The notes under the pieces are model-generated. The model was not told the DNA's origin. It made no database searches and saw only the letters and a list, made by a program, of their open reading frames with translations. This document shows positions 1-13,209 of a stretch of 64,000 nt of DNA, in pieces (within the stretch, counting starts at the first letter, position 1; every line of letters starts with the position of its first letter). This DNA comes from Podarcis gaigeae (lineage: Eukaryota): NCBI GenBank assembly GCA_964106915.2, contig OZ066926.1; one strand, 5' to 3'. The translations under genes and the position numbers were made by a program.

Positions 1-499
1 CACACAACACTTTGTCCTCCCTCTTCCTTTCCTGGCTGTTTTTAGGATTCTCAAACTTCAAAGAAAACATACAGATACCTTCAAAGAGCCAAGCCCCGTC
101 CTTTCGGCAGCTGATTGATTGCAGCTCATTGGCATATGCCGGTCCAGCAGCACCTCTTGATTAATGCCAATATTCCAGATTAAGGAGGAACCAAGCACAA
201 ATCAGACCAGAGATGGAGGCTCATTCATGGCAAGTACACAGGTCGCACCCATCCTGCCCTTCAAGTTGCCAGAAATGGGCTTGAGTGACACAGTGAGATG
301 CAGTGAACCCAGAGCCCACTGGGGAACATTGCCAGGATTTTTGCATGATAAATCCTGACTTTCCCCTGCCAAAACTTCCCCGCTGCCCATGGAGGGAAGC
401 GAGGAACAACCACCATTGACTTGTGACATAGCTGGAAACCTAGAAAGGTTGATTTTAATCAAAGCAAGGTGACTACCAATCCTAAAGTCCAAGCCAATA

Positions 500-785
500 C
501 ATTACTGATATGAAGGCATGAAGAAAGCCTTTGGACCAACAATCAGGAAAACTGCAGTGCTGAAAAGCATATTGCAGCAAGCAGATGACACAATGGGCAG
601 AGCAATCAACAGTGTCCAGACTCTGCCTGTCTTGGAAGAACTGGATGTCCCTCCCTCCCTTTTTGAGCTGCAGAATGCCATCAACTCCCAGATATGTGGT
701 AAAGCCCCAAGCAGGACAGAATCCCATCAGAAGTGCTGGAAGTCCACCTCATGACACACCACCACCATCTCCTCTTGCAGTGTTG
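500..785 (+). mobile_element. RTE-clade LINE fragment (upstream of RT), part 1
   Basis: YEGMKKAFGP..., LEELDVPPSLFELQNAI...GKAP and HHLLLQC resemble an RTE ORF. Confidence 0.75.
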
Positions 786-787
786 AG

Positions 788-1140
788 AGCAGTGGAAGAT
801 TCTGTGAAGGAACCGTGCAGAAGATCCTGGGTGCAGACAACCTCAGCTAAGATGCTCAGTGCCAGCTATTCAGGGAGTTTGGCTACCAGGAGGCCGAGGA
901 ACCTTGAGAGGCTTGCAGCTGACTGTACAGTCTCTGCTATCAGTGGCTGAAGCCAAAAAGGCACACCAAGGCCTGAATGCTGGACCTGGTGGTCCTAGAG
1001 CAGTTTCTGGCCATCCTCCCCCAGAGATGGAGAGCTGGGTCAGGGAGTGCAGAGTGAAGATCAGCTCCCAGGCAGTGGCCCTGGTGGAAGGTCTCCTCCT
1101 GAGCCAGGAAGAGGACAGAAAGCAGGAAGAGGAGAAGCAG
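788..1140 (+). pseudogene. SCAN-domain (ZSCAN/ZKSCAN-type) exon relic
   Basis: Translates [47 protein letters not shown], a 1-nt frameshift, then PEMESWVREC..SSQAVALVEGLLLSQEE; ends at CAG|gtgtgt. Confidence 0.88.
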
Positions 1141-1350
1141 GTGTGTGTGAGAGAGAAACAGCAGAAAACTTGACCAAGAAAATCTTGAAATCCCTATCAA
1201 ATTTGTACAATTCTCCCATAACCTTTGAATGCCTGGTTCCTAATGGCTCTTCCCCTTATTTATGCTGAAAATCATGCGGCGTTTAGTTTATTTTTTTAGT
1301 TGCTAGTGTTTTATCAATTTTTTTTAATGCTGTGAACCACCCTGAGATCT

Positions 1351-1860
1351 AAGGTGACTGCCATGATTGAAACAGCTACCATGGAATCTCACTGCTGAGT
1401 ATTGTGGGGAAAGCCTTTGTCAATGTAGTTCCCAATAGGCTGCAGTCACTCACTGACAGGGTCTATCCTGAATTACAGATTTGGCTTTAGAGCTCAGAAG
1501 TCAACAATCAACAGTGTCTTTCTCACTGTGTCATCATAAGGAGAGATGCTGAAATCTGAGACACCTCTTGTACATCAACTTGATAAACTTGATAAAGGCC
1601 TTTGAAGTTGTCAGCTGAACATACTGATAGGATTCCACCTAAGCACCACAAGATGATTGTGTCCTTCCATGAAAACCGGTGCGGCATTGTCCAGTATGGT
1701 AGCTCATTCTAAGATGCCTTCCCTATAAAGAGTGGTGTGAAATAAGGCTGTGTTCTGGCATATGCTTTCAGTTTAACTAAAGATGTGAACTTTCATTCAA
1801 GGAGCGAAAGAGGTCTGTTCAATTTGACATGTCTCTGCACAAATACAAAAGAGTGACATA
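1351..1860 (+). mobile_element. RTE-clade LINE fragment (RT domain), part 2
   Basis: GD..D*NSYHGISLLSIVGKAF, RVYPELQ, KAFEVVS and FPIKSGVK*GCVL motifs. Confidence 0.82.
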
Positions 1861-1994
1861 TGTTGATGTATGAGGGAATTTCTACATTATACCCTCACAG
1901 AAAGCACATTACATTTCTGACATGTTTTCAGCAATAGATTCTTATTATATTGTATTTTATTTTCCCTTTTCTTTCTTCTTTTCTTTTCTTGTAG

Positions 1995-2843
1995 GTCTCT
2001 TATTTCTTATTTGGTCCTTCTCAGAGTATGAAAACCCAGTTCCCTTTCAACTACCGTGTGGTTCCTAATGAGGAGTATCAGTATCATTTGATTACCCAAT
2101 TACTTCTGCATTTCCAGTGGACATGGGTTGGGATTGTTACATCGGGCAATGATAAAGGAGAAAATTTTATGCAGACCTTGGTTCCAAAGCTTTCCCAGAA
2201 TGGCATCTGTTTGGCTTTCACTGACAGAATGCCATCCCTGACAGACTTTTCCAACTTGCTTAATGAGTACCAGACAACAGGGGACATGGCCTGCTTTCTT
2301 AAAAAGCAAACAGCAAAAGCAGTTATTGTATTTGCAGAAACTTTGTCTGTATTTCGTTTTATATTCTTGCTGTATCAAATACAAACAGCAAATATGGTAG
2401 AGACATCTCTAGGGAGAGTATGGATCTTGACAGCTCAATGGGACTTTCCAGCACTACAGTTTAACAGAAACTGGAGTATAGAAGTCTTTCAGGGAGCCTT
2501 GTCTTTTGCTGTTCATACCAATCAGATAGAGGAATTTCAACATTTCCTTCAGTCTTTAAATGCTTACTCACTCAGTGGAGACAGTTTTATCAAGGACTTC
2601 TGGCAGCAGGCCTTTGACTGCTTACTTTCGGATTCCCAGGAGTCTGTAGAGAGCAATGGAACTTGCACAGGTCAGGAAAAGCTGGAGAGCCTCCCAGGAC
2701 CATTTTTTGAAATGAGCATGACTCCCCAAAGCTACAGTATATACAACGCTGCCTACGTGTTAGCCCATGCTTTACATGCAATGTATGCATTGAATCGGAA
2801 GCACAAAGCAGTGGCAACACTTCCAAACTCACAACCATGGCAG
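1995..2843 (+). CDS. V2R-A exon 3 (849 bp)
   Basis: ttgtag|GTCTCT acceptor and CAG|gtaatt donor; same length as exon 3 of both paralogs; HFQWTWVG motif. Confidence 0.93.
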
Positions 2844-5800
2844 GTAATTTTTAATTAACCAAAGGATTTTGATAGTCATGAGAAATTGTGTAATACCAGG
2901 GGCTGCCTGCCAGCCCATAAAGCGGACTGAAGCAGCTCCCTCAGGTGGTGGAATCTAATGGGGCAGTGACTCCAGTAATCTAGGCTTTGGTGGTGGTGGT
3001 GGAGCAGCACATTCTCATTTTGTTCATTTGCTGAAATAATATAAGCTGGACCTGCACCATCACCACCATCTTCATGACCACCACCATATTCGTTTCGTTC
3101 ATTTCTGGAAATTGGATAAGCTGGCCATGCACCCTTATCATCATCACCACCATCAACCATTAAAAGCTTATTAAAACGGCTTCCTTCAGATATCTCCATC
3201 AACTTATATGGTTTGTAAACTCTTTGACATCTGACGGGAGAGCGTTCCACAAGGTGGGTGTGACTATCGAGAGGTCATTTTGCCTGTTTCCTTGAAATTT
3301 CACTTATCGCAATGAGAGAACTACCAGAAGGCCTGTGGAGATGGACCTCAGTGCCTGGGTGAACAATGGGGGTGGAGACGCTTCTTCAGGTATACAGGGC
3401 CAAAGCCGTTTAGGGCTTTGAACATCGAAATAAACACTTTGAATTGTGCTTGAAAATGTACATTAAAATGTGATTAAACTTTAGAGATGTCTAGCATGAA
3501 AATCCCTGATCCTAATCACCAGTAATTTGGCAGGTGTGCCAACTCTGGGAGGGCTACTGTACCTTCAAATTCTATCCCTTTTTTGTTAAAAGGAAATTCT
3601 ATATAATTTATGATTTCTCAGAAGTGAATGGAGCAAGGCAAAATGAAGCAGATGCCCCCATTTCCTGAGTTAAATTGAGGCGTCTCTAAATCAGCTACAT
3701 TACAAAGCACTGAGTCAGTGTCTGAATTGAATCTTCTCATTGGCATATGCTTTAAATTGTAACTGTTGCCTTTATCTTGTTTTTAAATAGACTTGTAGAG
3801 CCTGGTGGATGGAAAGGTGGAATATAGTTATCATCAAAACAAACCAACAAAGAATGATGGAGTAAAAAAATTCTTATTGTCTTTACTGTTTTTTTTCCCT
3901 TCTTAAAAACTAATTTTACATCTTCAAATTTAGCTTCATCACTTCTTGAGGACAATCTTTTTTAATAACAGCATTGGTGGCCAGGTGTCTCTGAATGAGA
4001 AAGGTGAATTAGAAAGTGGATTTGATCTTATAAACTGGGTTACTTTCCCAAATCGATCTTTCATGAAGGTGAAAGTAGGGAGGATGGATCCATGGGGTGG
4101 CAGACAGTTCACCATTAATGAGGAGATCATCACATGGCACAAAGTGTTTAAGCAGGTAGGGCCTGACTTTTGGTTTCCGGTACAAAATATCAGTGGATAT
4201 TCTAGTAGGTATCCCCAAGGTATTTATTCATCTCTTTATTTGCCAGATTTAGGGCTTTAAGATGCCTTGCAAATATATCTGAAAATAGTATCTCATACAT
4301 ACATATGAAAAATTTCCAATGTAGAACACATTGCCACCCTCACTTTCACCTAATCAATTTCTAGCTACCTTTTAAAATTTTAGGTAGATCTCTGTGGAGT
4401 GTACATAGCACCAGCAGTCAACACTGAGCACAGCAACAGTTGTGAACTATTGGTATGTAATAGAGTATTATTTTGCAAAATATTATGTCGTTTTTCTGAA
4501 ATTATGTAGGACCTGGAATCAAGGAAGTTTGGGGCTGCCTGTTCTAGGGATCATTCTTCCTATATGAGAAGATGATTTGTGCCCAACGGTATATGATGTT
4601 AATAGATTGAATGCAATTAAGATACCTTTTTTAAAAATTGTAGTAAAAACGTGTTCTGGGGAGCCATGCGGCAGGGGGATGAGTGCAGAAAGAGAGTCTG
4701 TATCAGTCCAGAGCACCACTGTCTGTTTGTTCTGTGCTGTTTTTGATTAATCTGCAGTGTTAAACAGTTGCATTAAAACTGCATTAAAAAGCTTGAGCAA
4801 ATGCATTTATTCTTTAAAATAAAAAATTGAAATATATTTTCTTTAAGACAGTCATTTATAGTTATGAAGTGTCAAAGCTAGAGATAACTAAAGTGGAAAT
4901 ATGTGGAATAGTTCATGTTTAATTTGTCCCTTGTCATATTATGCACTAGACTTCTGTCAGGCATCAATGGAGCCATCATAAGAACTGTGATTCTTTGTGC
5001 ATTGTGCATTGTAGGAGCAGTTATCTTGACCCAGAAAGGCTGAACTTGTGTTACATCCAACCCACCCCCAACCTCTGATGCCATGACTTTCCATGTGACT
5101 GATCCCTCGAAATCAGTATACACAACAGCTGTGCACCAGCTAAAAGATTAATCTTCTATCTGTGTTTTGCAGATACAGCCAGTTCTCCATGGAAGAGAAA
5201 TATTGCTTCACTGAATCAAATATGGGAAGGGTGGTGATAGTCAAAAGAGGTTATTGATCCCCATTAAAGTGTTGGGTGGGGAAAATGTCATGGCCCAGTT
5301 AAAACCCTGTTATTCTAAGAATCATTGATACAACTTGTTTTCTGACTACCTCATGGAGTTTGGGGTTATAGCCTCTTTGTGCTGGAATAAATTTCTCCCT
5401 GCAGAAGAGCCATAGCACATTGGTAACACAACTGTTTTGCATGCATGTAGAAACAATATTGAGCTAATTGGATCAAAGTAGAGGGCAGTTTCCTATGCTT
5501 CCTTCCTATGTTTCTGCTGCAAGGACATAACAGTGGTGGTAAAACCAAATGTAAAATATACCCATGCAGGAAAAATGTGGCACTTGCTTAAGAGGGTGGC
5601 AACGTTTGGCACCCTAGTACCAGAATGAATCAGGTCAACAGAGAGTTCATGATCCAAATCAAGAGACCTTTAATTTGGGCATGAGGAATCTCATTCAAAA
5701 CACCCCTACTTGCCTTATAATTTTGGTAAACACAGATCCAATTGATGCACCCCATTAGATGTATTAGCCATTTCTTTTCTTGCATTTCTGAATAGATACC

Positions 5801-7090
5801 ACCTTCTTCTGTGTGTAATAACATGTGTCATCCAGGCTTTGTGAGAAAAAAGAAGGAGGGGGAGCCATTCTGTTGCTACGATTGTGATGCATGTGCAGAA
5901 GGGAAGATTTCTAACCCAAAAGGCAAGTATCAACCATGTTGTCATATGCGCATCATATGCACACCTCCATGGCTCAGTTAAGTTTGTGTGGACTTGGATA
6001 ATTGAGTTTTCAATGTTAAACTTTGTATATGTTTATTGTAATTTTATAGGCCTAACACCATATGCACATGTGGAATGCTCTTTCCGCATGATTGTGAAGA
6101 TTGTGCTTCCAGAATTCCTTCTCATTCAGACATTTACCTATGTACTAGTTTCATTGAATTGATTTGTGATTGTATGTTTTATCCCCAGAGATGGACAAAT
6201 GTATAAACTGCCCAGAAGATCAGTATCCAAATGAAGAGCAAGATGGATGTCTCCCCAAGATGTTACACTTTCTGTCTTATGATGAAAAGTTGAGCATCAC
6301 TTTAGCTTTCATGGCATTTTCATTTGCTGTGATCACAGCTTTGATGCTATCAATATTCATTAAATACCAGAAAACTCCCATTGTCAAAGCCAACAATCGT
6401 GGCCTCACGTTTACTCTGCTCATCGCCCTCTTGCTTTGCTTCCTCTGCTCCTTACTGTTCTTTGGAAGACCTCAAACAGTGACCTGCCTTCTAAGGCAAA
6501 CAACTTTTGGCATCATCTTCACCGTGGCTATTTCTTCTGTGTTGGCAAAAACCATCACAGTCATTTTGGCATTCATGGCTTCAAGGCCAGGATCCAGGAT
6601 GAGGAACTGGGTGGGGAAAAGACTGGCAGCTTCTATTGTTTTCTCCTGCACCGTCATTCAAGGATCTCTTTGTACTGTGTGGCTCCTGACAGCTCCACCA
6701 TTCCCAAATTTGGACATGGACACTATGGCTAAGGAAATTGTGGTTGAATGTAATGAAGGGTCTGTCCCTATGTTTTATTCTATTCTTGGGTACCTGGGAT
6801 TTCTGGCTCTTGTCAGCTTTGCTGTGGCTTTTCTTGCTAGGGACTTGCCCAGTACTTTCAATGAAGCCAAGTTCATCACTTTCAGCATGTTGGTGTTTTG
6901 CAGTGTGTGGGTCTCTTTTGTGCCAACTTACCTAAGCACAAAGGGAAAATACATGGTGGCTGTGGAGATCTTCTCCATCTTAGCCTCTACTGCTGGATTA
7001 TTGGGCTGTATCTTTGCTCCTAAATGCTATATAATTTTACTGAGGCCTGAGCTGAACAACAAGAAGTACCTCACAAAGAGAAATAAGTAG
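1995..7090 (+). CDS. Vomeronasal type-2 receptor V2R-A, 5'-partial (exons 3-6; exons 1-2 not found in the window)
   Basis: Exons 1995-2843, 3934-4155, 5796-5922 and 6189-7090 splice in frame. They encode Venus-flytrap, Cys-rich (CCYDC) and 7TM ([18 protein letters not shown]) regions. Intron 5 donor is GC. Confidence 0.93.
3165..3465 (-). mobile_element. L2-like LINE 3' fragment
   Basis: Reverse strand reads ..[23 protein letters not shown].. and a WNALP-type motif. Confidence 0.55.
3934..4155 (+). CDS. V2R-A exon 4 (222 bp)
   Basis: tttag|CTTCAT to CAG|gtaggg; LHHFLR..F.NS.G and [11 protein letters not shown] motifs. Confidence 0.92.
5796..5922 (+). CDS. V2R-A exon 5 (127 bp, Cys-rich domain, GC donor)
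   Basis: aatag|ATACCA; encodes [23 protein letters not shown]; ends AAAG|gcaagt. Confidence 0.9.
6189..7090 (+). CDS. V2R-A exon 6 (7TM domain)
   Basis: ORF 6170-7090; cccag|AG ATG phase-1 acceptor; TPIVKANN and [10 protein letters not shown] motifs. Confidence 0.95.
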
Positions 7091-7346
7091 AAGTTAGTAA
7101 CTTGGGTCATATATTTCTTCTGAGATATTGATGTGACTTCCTCTTTGCTGGTTTGGAATTCTGTTCTGGTTTTTCTCCTGATGATCCAGGGCTGTCTCCA
7201 CCTGACTTGAGCAGGGGTCCATTGGACACATAACAGAACTCCAGAGATATATGCAAGATTCCCTCAATTTCTCTTTTGCAATCATTTTATTTATTTATTT
7301 TAAAAAACTGAATTTCTAAAACACCCGCTTAACACTTGAAATGGCA

Positions 7347-7700
7347 GGTAAAGGTAAAGGGACCCCTGACCATTAGGTCCAGTCATGACCGACTCTGGGG
7401 TTGAGGCGCTCATCTCGCTTTATTGGCCGATTGAGCCGGCGTACACCTTCCGGGTCATGCGGCCAGCATGACTAAGCCACTTCTGGCGAACCAGAGCAGT
7501 GCACAGAAACGCCGTTTACCTTCCCACTGGAGCAGTACCTATTTATCTACTTGTATTTTGATGTGCTTTCGAACTGCCAGGTTGCCATTAGCAGGGACCG
7601 AGCAATGGGAGCTCACCCCGTTGCGGGGATTTGAACCGCCAATCTTCTGATCGGCACGTCCTAGGCTCTGTGGTTTAACCCACAGCGCCACCCGCATCCC
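7347..7700 (-). mobile_element. Sauria SINE
   Basis: tRNA-like head GGGATGCGGGTGGCGCTGTGGGTTAAACC and (ACCTTT)n tail on the - strand; homologous to three other copies in the window. Confidence 0.92.
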
Positions 7701-8769
7701 AGGTAGAATGAAACAAATATCTGAGGAATTTTTTGTGAGTTTGAATAAGCATAACTGTTTATGGTTTTATTTGAGATTATTTTCACTTTAAATTTAGGTT
7801 TTCACAAATGCCATGTGAATTGGATGTTATATGGCAAAGTTAAAGGCATGAGAAAAGCACCTGATTCTCTCAGGTGATGAAAAGAAATGGAGAAAGGAAA
7901 CTTTCCACCACCCATCATAATCATCTGTGTGGGAAGAGGATATGAACAGATTTATAATGCCTGAATGATTGGTATTGGCAGAGAGGATTATGATATTTCT
8001 AAAGGAACTGCATTAGATCAAACAATTCACAGAGGTTAAGGCTCATGTTTAATGAAAAAGATCCCAAAGCCTTGGCTTAAAAAGAGACCTTCCCTACAAG
8101 TCTTGGAGAGTTGCTGTCACAGTAGATAGAACTGCCTGCATTGTATTCATCCAAGAAGTGCCAGCTTGGCCCCATAACTGTAGGTGCCTGAGACCATGAA
8201 TGCCATGCAACCTGCATGGCCCTGGCACTGAAATTTGTGGGTGCCCGGCCCCTTCATTGGGAATTTTGTGGGTACCTGGGCACCCAGGGCCCCAGGGTGA
8301 GATCTAAACCATTACCAGTAACACCTTGAAACATGGGATGCCAACAAGGTGAACATAATCATTAAAACAGTGTGGAATACAAACTAAAAATTGCTTGAAC
8401 TTGGATTTTTCCACAGTTAACAATCATTCAGGGATAGTAGTGAATATAAATGGTGCAAGGATGTTTGTACTGCAGGCCACACAGGTATGTTTCCATGTAC
8501 ACGGGACCATCACATGCTTGATTATATAATCATTGGAATATAAGATGGGATTTATGAAATCCTCATAAAAATACCTCATGCAATATCAAAATGACAGAGG
8601 AAGTTTCTTAATATAAATTACAAGCAGCCAGAAGACTGCACAATTGTAAGCCTATGCATGGGAATAGAGAAAAGACATAATTCGTACATCCATTTCTTCT
8701 GGGTGTATTTTCTTGCTCAGTATCACAGTATGCCCAGGTGTTGCTCCTGAATTAATAAACAAAAAGACG

Positions 8770-9123
8770 TGTGATGACACCTACAGATACAGTTTCTTCA
8801 TCTGCTCTGTCCCTTGTGAGCAGAATGCTTTGGGGTATCTAATTGTGATCTCTGCAATTATGTAAAATTATAGTGATCTGCCTTCTAGCCAAGGATGGCA
8901 TGGCTTTTTTAGTGACCACTCTCACAATAAGCAGCCATGTGCCTGGTTTTTTCAGACTGTGGAGTGACAGATTGGACACACTAGGCTGCTAGGGTTTTAC
9001 AGGCCATAAAGTATCACTTTTGGCTAGCAGAACTGGAATACTCAGTGACCACTTGCTGTAAATTGATTGGACACTTATGAATTAGATCGGAGGAGTGGAT
9101 TTTGCTGCACCCTGTGTGGTGCA
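8770..9123 (+). promoter_or_regulatory. Conserved V2R upstream block (promoter/5'UTR), copy 1
   Basis: Aligns with about 19920-20321 upstream of V2R-C; shared CTAATTGTGA, CTGCAATTAT and GCCAA.GATGGCATG. Confidence 0.5.
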
Positions 9124-9353
9124 ATGCTGATTTTGTTGCTGTGGCTACTGCTTGTATGGTCGGTGCTTCTTCCCCTAACTGATTGCAAGGCACTTCCCTT
9201 TACTTGCACCATAAGTGATCCCCTCCAGATCCCACATGATTATTATCAGTCAGGTGACCTCATCATTGGCAGCATCGTGTCTCAGTCTCTCCCCTTTTCT
9301 GACTTTGTGAACTTTGATCAACATCCCAATGAAATGCTTTTTGAAGAACCCCT
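9124..9353 (+). CDS. V2R-B exon 1
   Basis: Hydrophobic signal peptide [10 protein letters not shown].. and [10 protein letters not shown] motif; CT|gtaagg donor. Confidence 0.88.
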
Positions 9354-12300
9354 GTAAGGAATTTCTTGTTTCCTATAAAAGCATTTATAGACAGGCTATA
9401 ATAATCCCATTCCCATTTATTTATTATTTATATTTTATTTATGCATTTTACATATCTTAGTATATGAGATATACAGTTGCCATTGTTTATCTTACATTCT
9501 TTGACTTTTATGCACATCCCTATGTGGGGTCTTATTTAGTCCTTCTTAAGCTGCATCTCCTTATTTACCACCCTTCTTCTGCTTATATTAACTGCTGCTC
9601 ATATATCTAAAACCACTTGGAAGTTTATATGATTGTTATATTACTTTAAATATTTGTCAAAGTATTTCTAATCTTCTTTCATATCTGATTCATTCTGATT
9701 TCTTTTCTTTGCAGTTAACATTGCTAGCTCCACAAATTCTCTTAGCTTATTCTGCCAGTCTATTTTTGCGGGACTATTTTTGTCCTTCCACCTTTGGGCA
9801 TAAATGATTCTGGCCGCTGTTATTGCATAGAGGAAAATACTAAGTACTTTCTTGGGTATTTCCTCCTCTACTATACTCAATAAGAACATCTCTGGTTTTT
9901 TGGGAAATGAGACCCTTAACATCTTCTTTAGTTCTGAATATATCATCATTATTTGGCTTTCTTTACCCATGTGAGATATCCATGGGTAAAGTTCTTGTAA
10001 TCCCTAAGTGTAAATAATGTTTGAAATGTCTCTTTGATATCAGGAAAATATGCTTTCCCTGTATTCTTGCAATATATATAATTATACATACATACATACA
10101 TACATGTATGTTTTAGATAATAGTTCCTTTCTCAGTTTGCCATCCCCCCTTTTATCAGCTCTAAAGGTAAAGGTAAAGGTACCCCTGCCCGTATGGGCCA
10201 GTCTTGCCAGACTCTGGGGTTGTGCGCCCATCTCACTCAAGAGGCCAGGGGCCAGCGCTGTCCGGAGACACTTCCGGGTCACGTGGCCAGCGTGACATCG
10301 CTGCTCTGGCGAGCCAGAGCTGCACACGGAAACGCCGTTTACCTTCCCGCTGGTAAGCGGTCCCTATTTATCTACTTGCACCCAGAGGTGCTTTCGAACT
10401 GCTAGGTTGGCAGGCGCTGGGACCGAGCAGCGGGAGCGCACCCCGCCGCGGGGATTCGAACCGCCGACCTTTCGATCGGCAAGTCCTAGGCGCTGAGGCT
10501 TTAACCCACAGCGCCACCTGCGTCCCTTTTATCAGCTCTACACACCAACAATTTCTCTGCCAGAGCACATTTCTCCATGGTTTTCACAATATCCACTTGA
10601 TTTTATCATCAGTTTGTCTGTCTCTGCTGTTATATATTCTCTTTTCTTTATTTTGTTCCAGATATAGGGTGATAGCCAGTGCTAGTCCTACTCAAATAGA
10701 TTCAATGAAATTAATAGACATTTCTAATTTAGGGTTAGTCATCTAGTTTCATACAACCCATAATGATTTTGACATATTAACAGTCCAAAAGTAATTTTAC
10801 AGCATAAGCTAAATTTTCAGAGTGAATGGTATCCTTTCATAGATTATTAAAGGGGTTGATATAATAACAGTACCATTAATATATTTGTTTCATTATTTAT
10901 TTATTGTGTTAGTCACCTACAAGAGGGCATTATCAATATGCAAACATGTTAAAAGTAAATGACTAAAACAATTAATTGTGTTTCTAAAGTATAAATGTAC
11001 ATCATTTCTTTTGAGGTGAAGGCAGAACTGACAATTCTGCCTTCTCAAAAGTTGGACAAGCTTTGTGCTGCTTAATGCGGACAGAGCTTCAGAAAATGAA
11101 CAGAATTCCTGCCTCTCTATGTTAATTTTTTAAAAAGATATGTCATGCGGAAAAATAGATCTCTGCAAGAACAGTGTGGACTTGTGGGTTCATGATAGCT
11201 CAGATATTCATGTTATATGGCCTGTGTTCTGATTGCAGCGTAGTGATAAAAAACTACCAGCATGTCCTGGCTTTGGTGTTTGCAATCAAAGAGATCAATG
11301 AGAATCCCAGGATCTTACCAAATGTTACACTGGGATTCCACATCTATGACAGCTACTTCAATGAAAAGATAACTTACCAGACTACCCTAAATCTTCTCTT
11401 TCAAATGAAAAGGATGGTCCCCAACTACAACTGTGACAAACAGAAGAATCTGATAGCTGCTATTGGGGGACTTGAGTCTGAAACCTCTCTTTACATGACC
11501 ACCATCTTAAGCATCTATAAGATTCCTCAGGTGGGATATGTATGCGAAGCATGTGATATTTTGCAGATAGAGTTTATAGAAAAATGCTTAAGAAAAGAGG
11601 AGGCATATTGTTATGGCATATGCTGCATAATTACAAGCTACAGCTTTGCTCTCAAGGCATAGTGTCATTCACCCCTGTGTTTGCTCAGCATTATAAGATA
11701 GGGAGTCTGGTACTAATAGCACCAGAAAATGCAGAAAAACTAGTTCCAAATTCTATAGAAAAAATATGAGGAAATGGATGAAGAGAGGACGAAACATTAT
11801 TCTCTCCTTTCACCCTTTCTGAAAGTTCACAGTCTTTGACCTGGTTTCAACAATACATTTCTTTTTGTAGCTCTCTTATTTCCTGTTTGGTCCTTCTCTG
11901 AGTGCTAAAAACCAGTTCCCTTTCCTCTATCGGGTGGTCCCCAATGAAGAGAATCAGTACCTGGGAATTGTCAAACTACTTCTGCATTTCCAGTGGACTT
12001 GGGTTGGAATTTTCACATCAGATGATGACAAAGGCGAAAGTTTTGTACAGCTCTTGATACCCAAACTCTCCCAGAATGGTATCTGCTTGGGTTTCACTGA
12101 TAGAACACCAGCCCTGACAGACTTTTCTCAGTTAATGGATAGGTACCAAATGGAAGCGGATAGGCTTTGCCTTGTTAACGACACTAAAGTAAAAACAATT
12201 ATTGTGTTTTCAGAAACTATGTCTATATTGCGTTTGATATATTTATTGTATCAAGTGGAAAGAGATAATATGGCCGAGACGTCCCTTGGCAGAGTGTGGA

Positions 12301-13172
12301 TCATGACAGCCCAATGGGACTTTCCAGCAGTACAGTTTCACAGGAGCTGGAGTATAGATGTCTTTCAGGGAGCCTTGTCTTTTGCAGTTCACACCAATCA
12401 GATAGAGGACTTTCAAAATTTCCTTAAGACATTAAATCCTCATTCACTGAATCGAGATGGTTTCATAAAGGACTTCTGGCAGCAGGCTTTTGACTGCTTA
12501 CTTTCAGATTCTCAAGTGGCTGCAGAAAGCGATGGAATTTGCACAGGGAAGGAAAAGCTAGACAGCCTTTCTGGACCATTTTTTGAAATGAGCATGACTT
12601 CTCAAAGCTATAGTATATACAATGCTGTTTATGTGATAGCCCATGCCTTACATGCTATGTACTCATTGAATCACAAGAAAAGAAGGGTGACAGCACTTCC
12701 AACCCCACAACCATGGCAGGTATTACCTCATAACCAAAACATCTCTACAATCACAAAACACCTTTAAGTCCAAATATGACCTGTGATGATGAGGTACAGA
12801 AAATTGAACATTTCCAGCTCTAACTTCTCAGCTATTCTTCTTATTGGATGAAAATATATATGTAGTGCAGGAATGCACACATTTCCTGTCACTCTGTTGG
12901 AGTAGCACATGGGCAGATATTTATTGCTTCTGGAGAATGAATGAACCCACATCTTTCTTTTATTATAGTCTCCTAAAATAATGGGCTTGAAGCATGACCT
13001 ATGTCAACAAGGAGTTCTGTCTTCAGTTTTGTGGGTCCAACTTGATGGAAACCTGCTCATACAAGAAGTTAGACAGGGACCATCCCCACTGATTTTAAGA
13101 TGCATGATTAAAACAATTTCATTTCAGGATGCCTTTGGATTAAGAATGCTTCCCTGATGTTATACACACACA

Positions 13173-13209
<37 letters not shown>

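Noticed and set aside
859-1173. 104-aa ORF as a functional SCAN protein or SCAN-V2R fusion exon
   Set aside because: Only the last part is in the SCAN frame; the domain has four stops and a frameshift.
2876-3250. 124-aa - strand ORF with His/Asp/Gly runs
   Set aside because: It arises from a short degenerate duplication with (CAC/CAT)n tracts plus an L2 fragment in a V2R intron; no protein family signal.
7600-7700. tRNA gene
   Set aside because: The A/B-box similarity is the tRNA-derived head of a Sauria SINE; the same applies near 10440-10526, 31440-31501 and 54740-54827.
9067-9123. N-terminal extensions given by the ORF track (9067, 20250, 34265, 46041, 58417)
   Set aside because: These appear to be alternative (non-ATG) starts or lie upstream of splice acceptors; paralog comparison supports the downstream ATGs.
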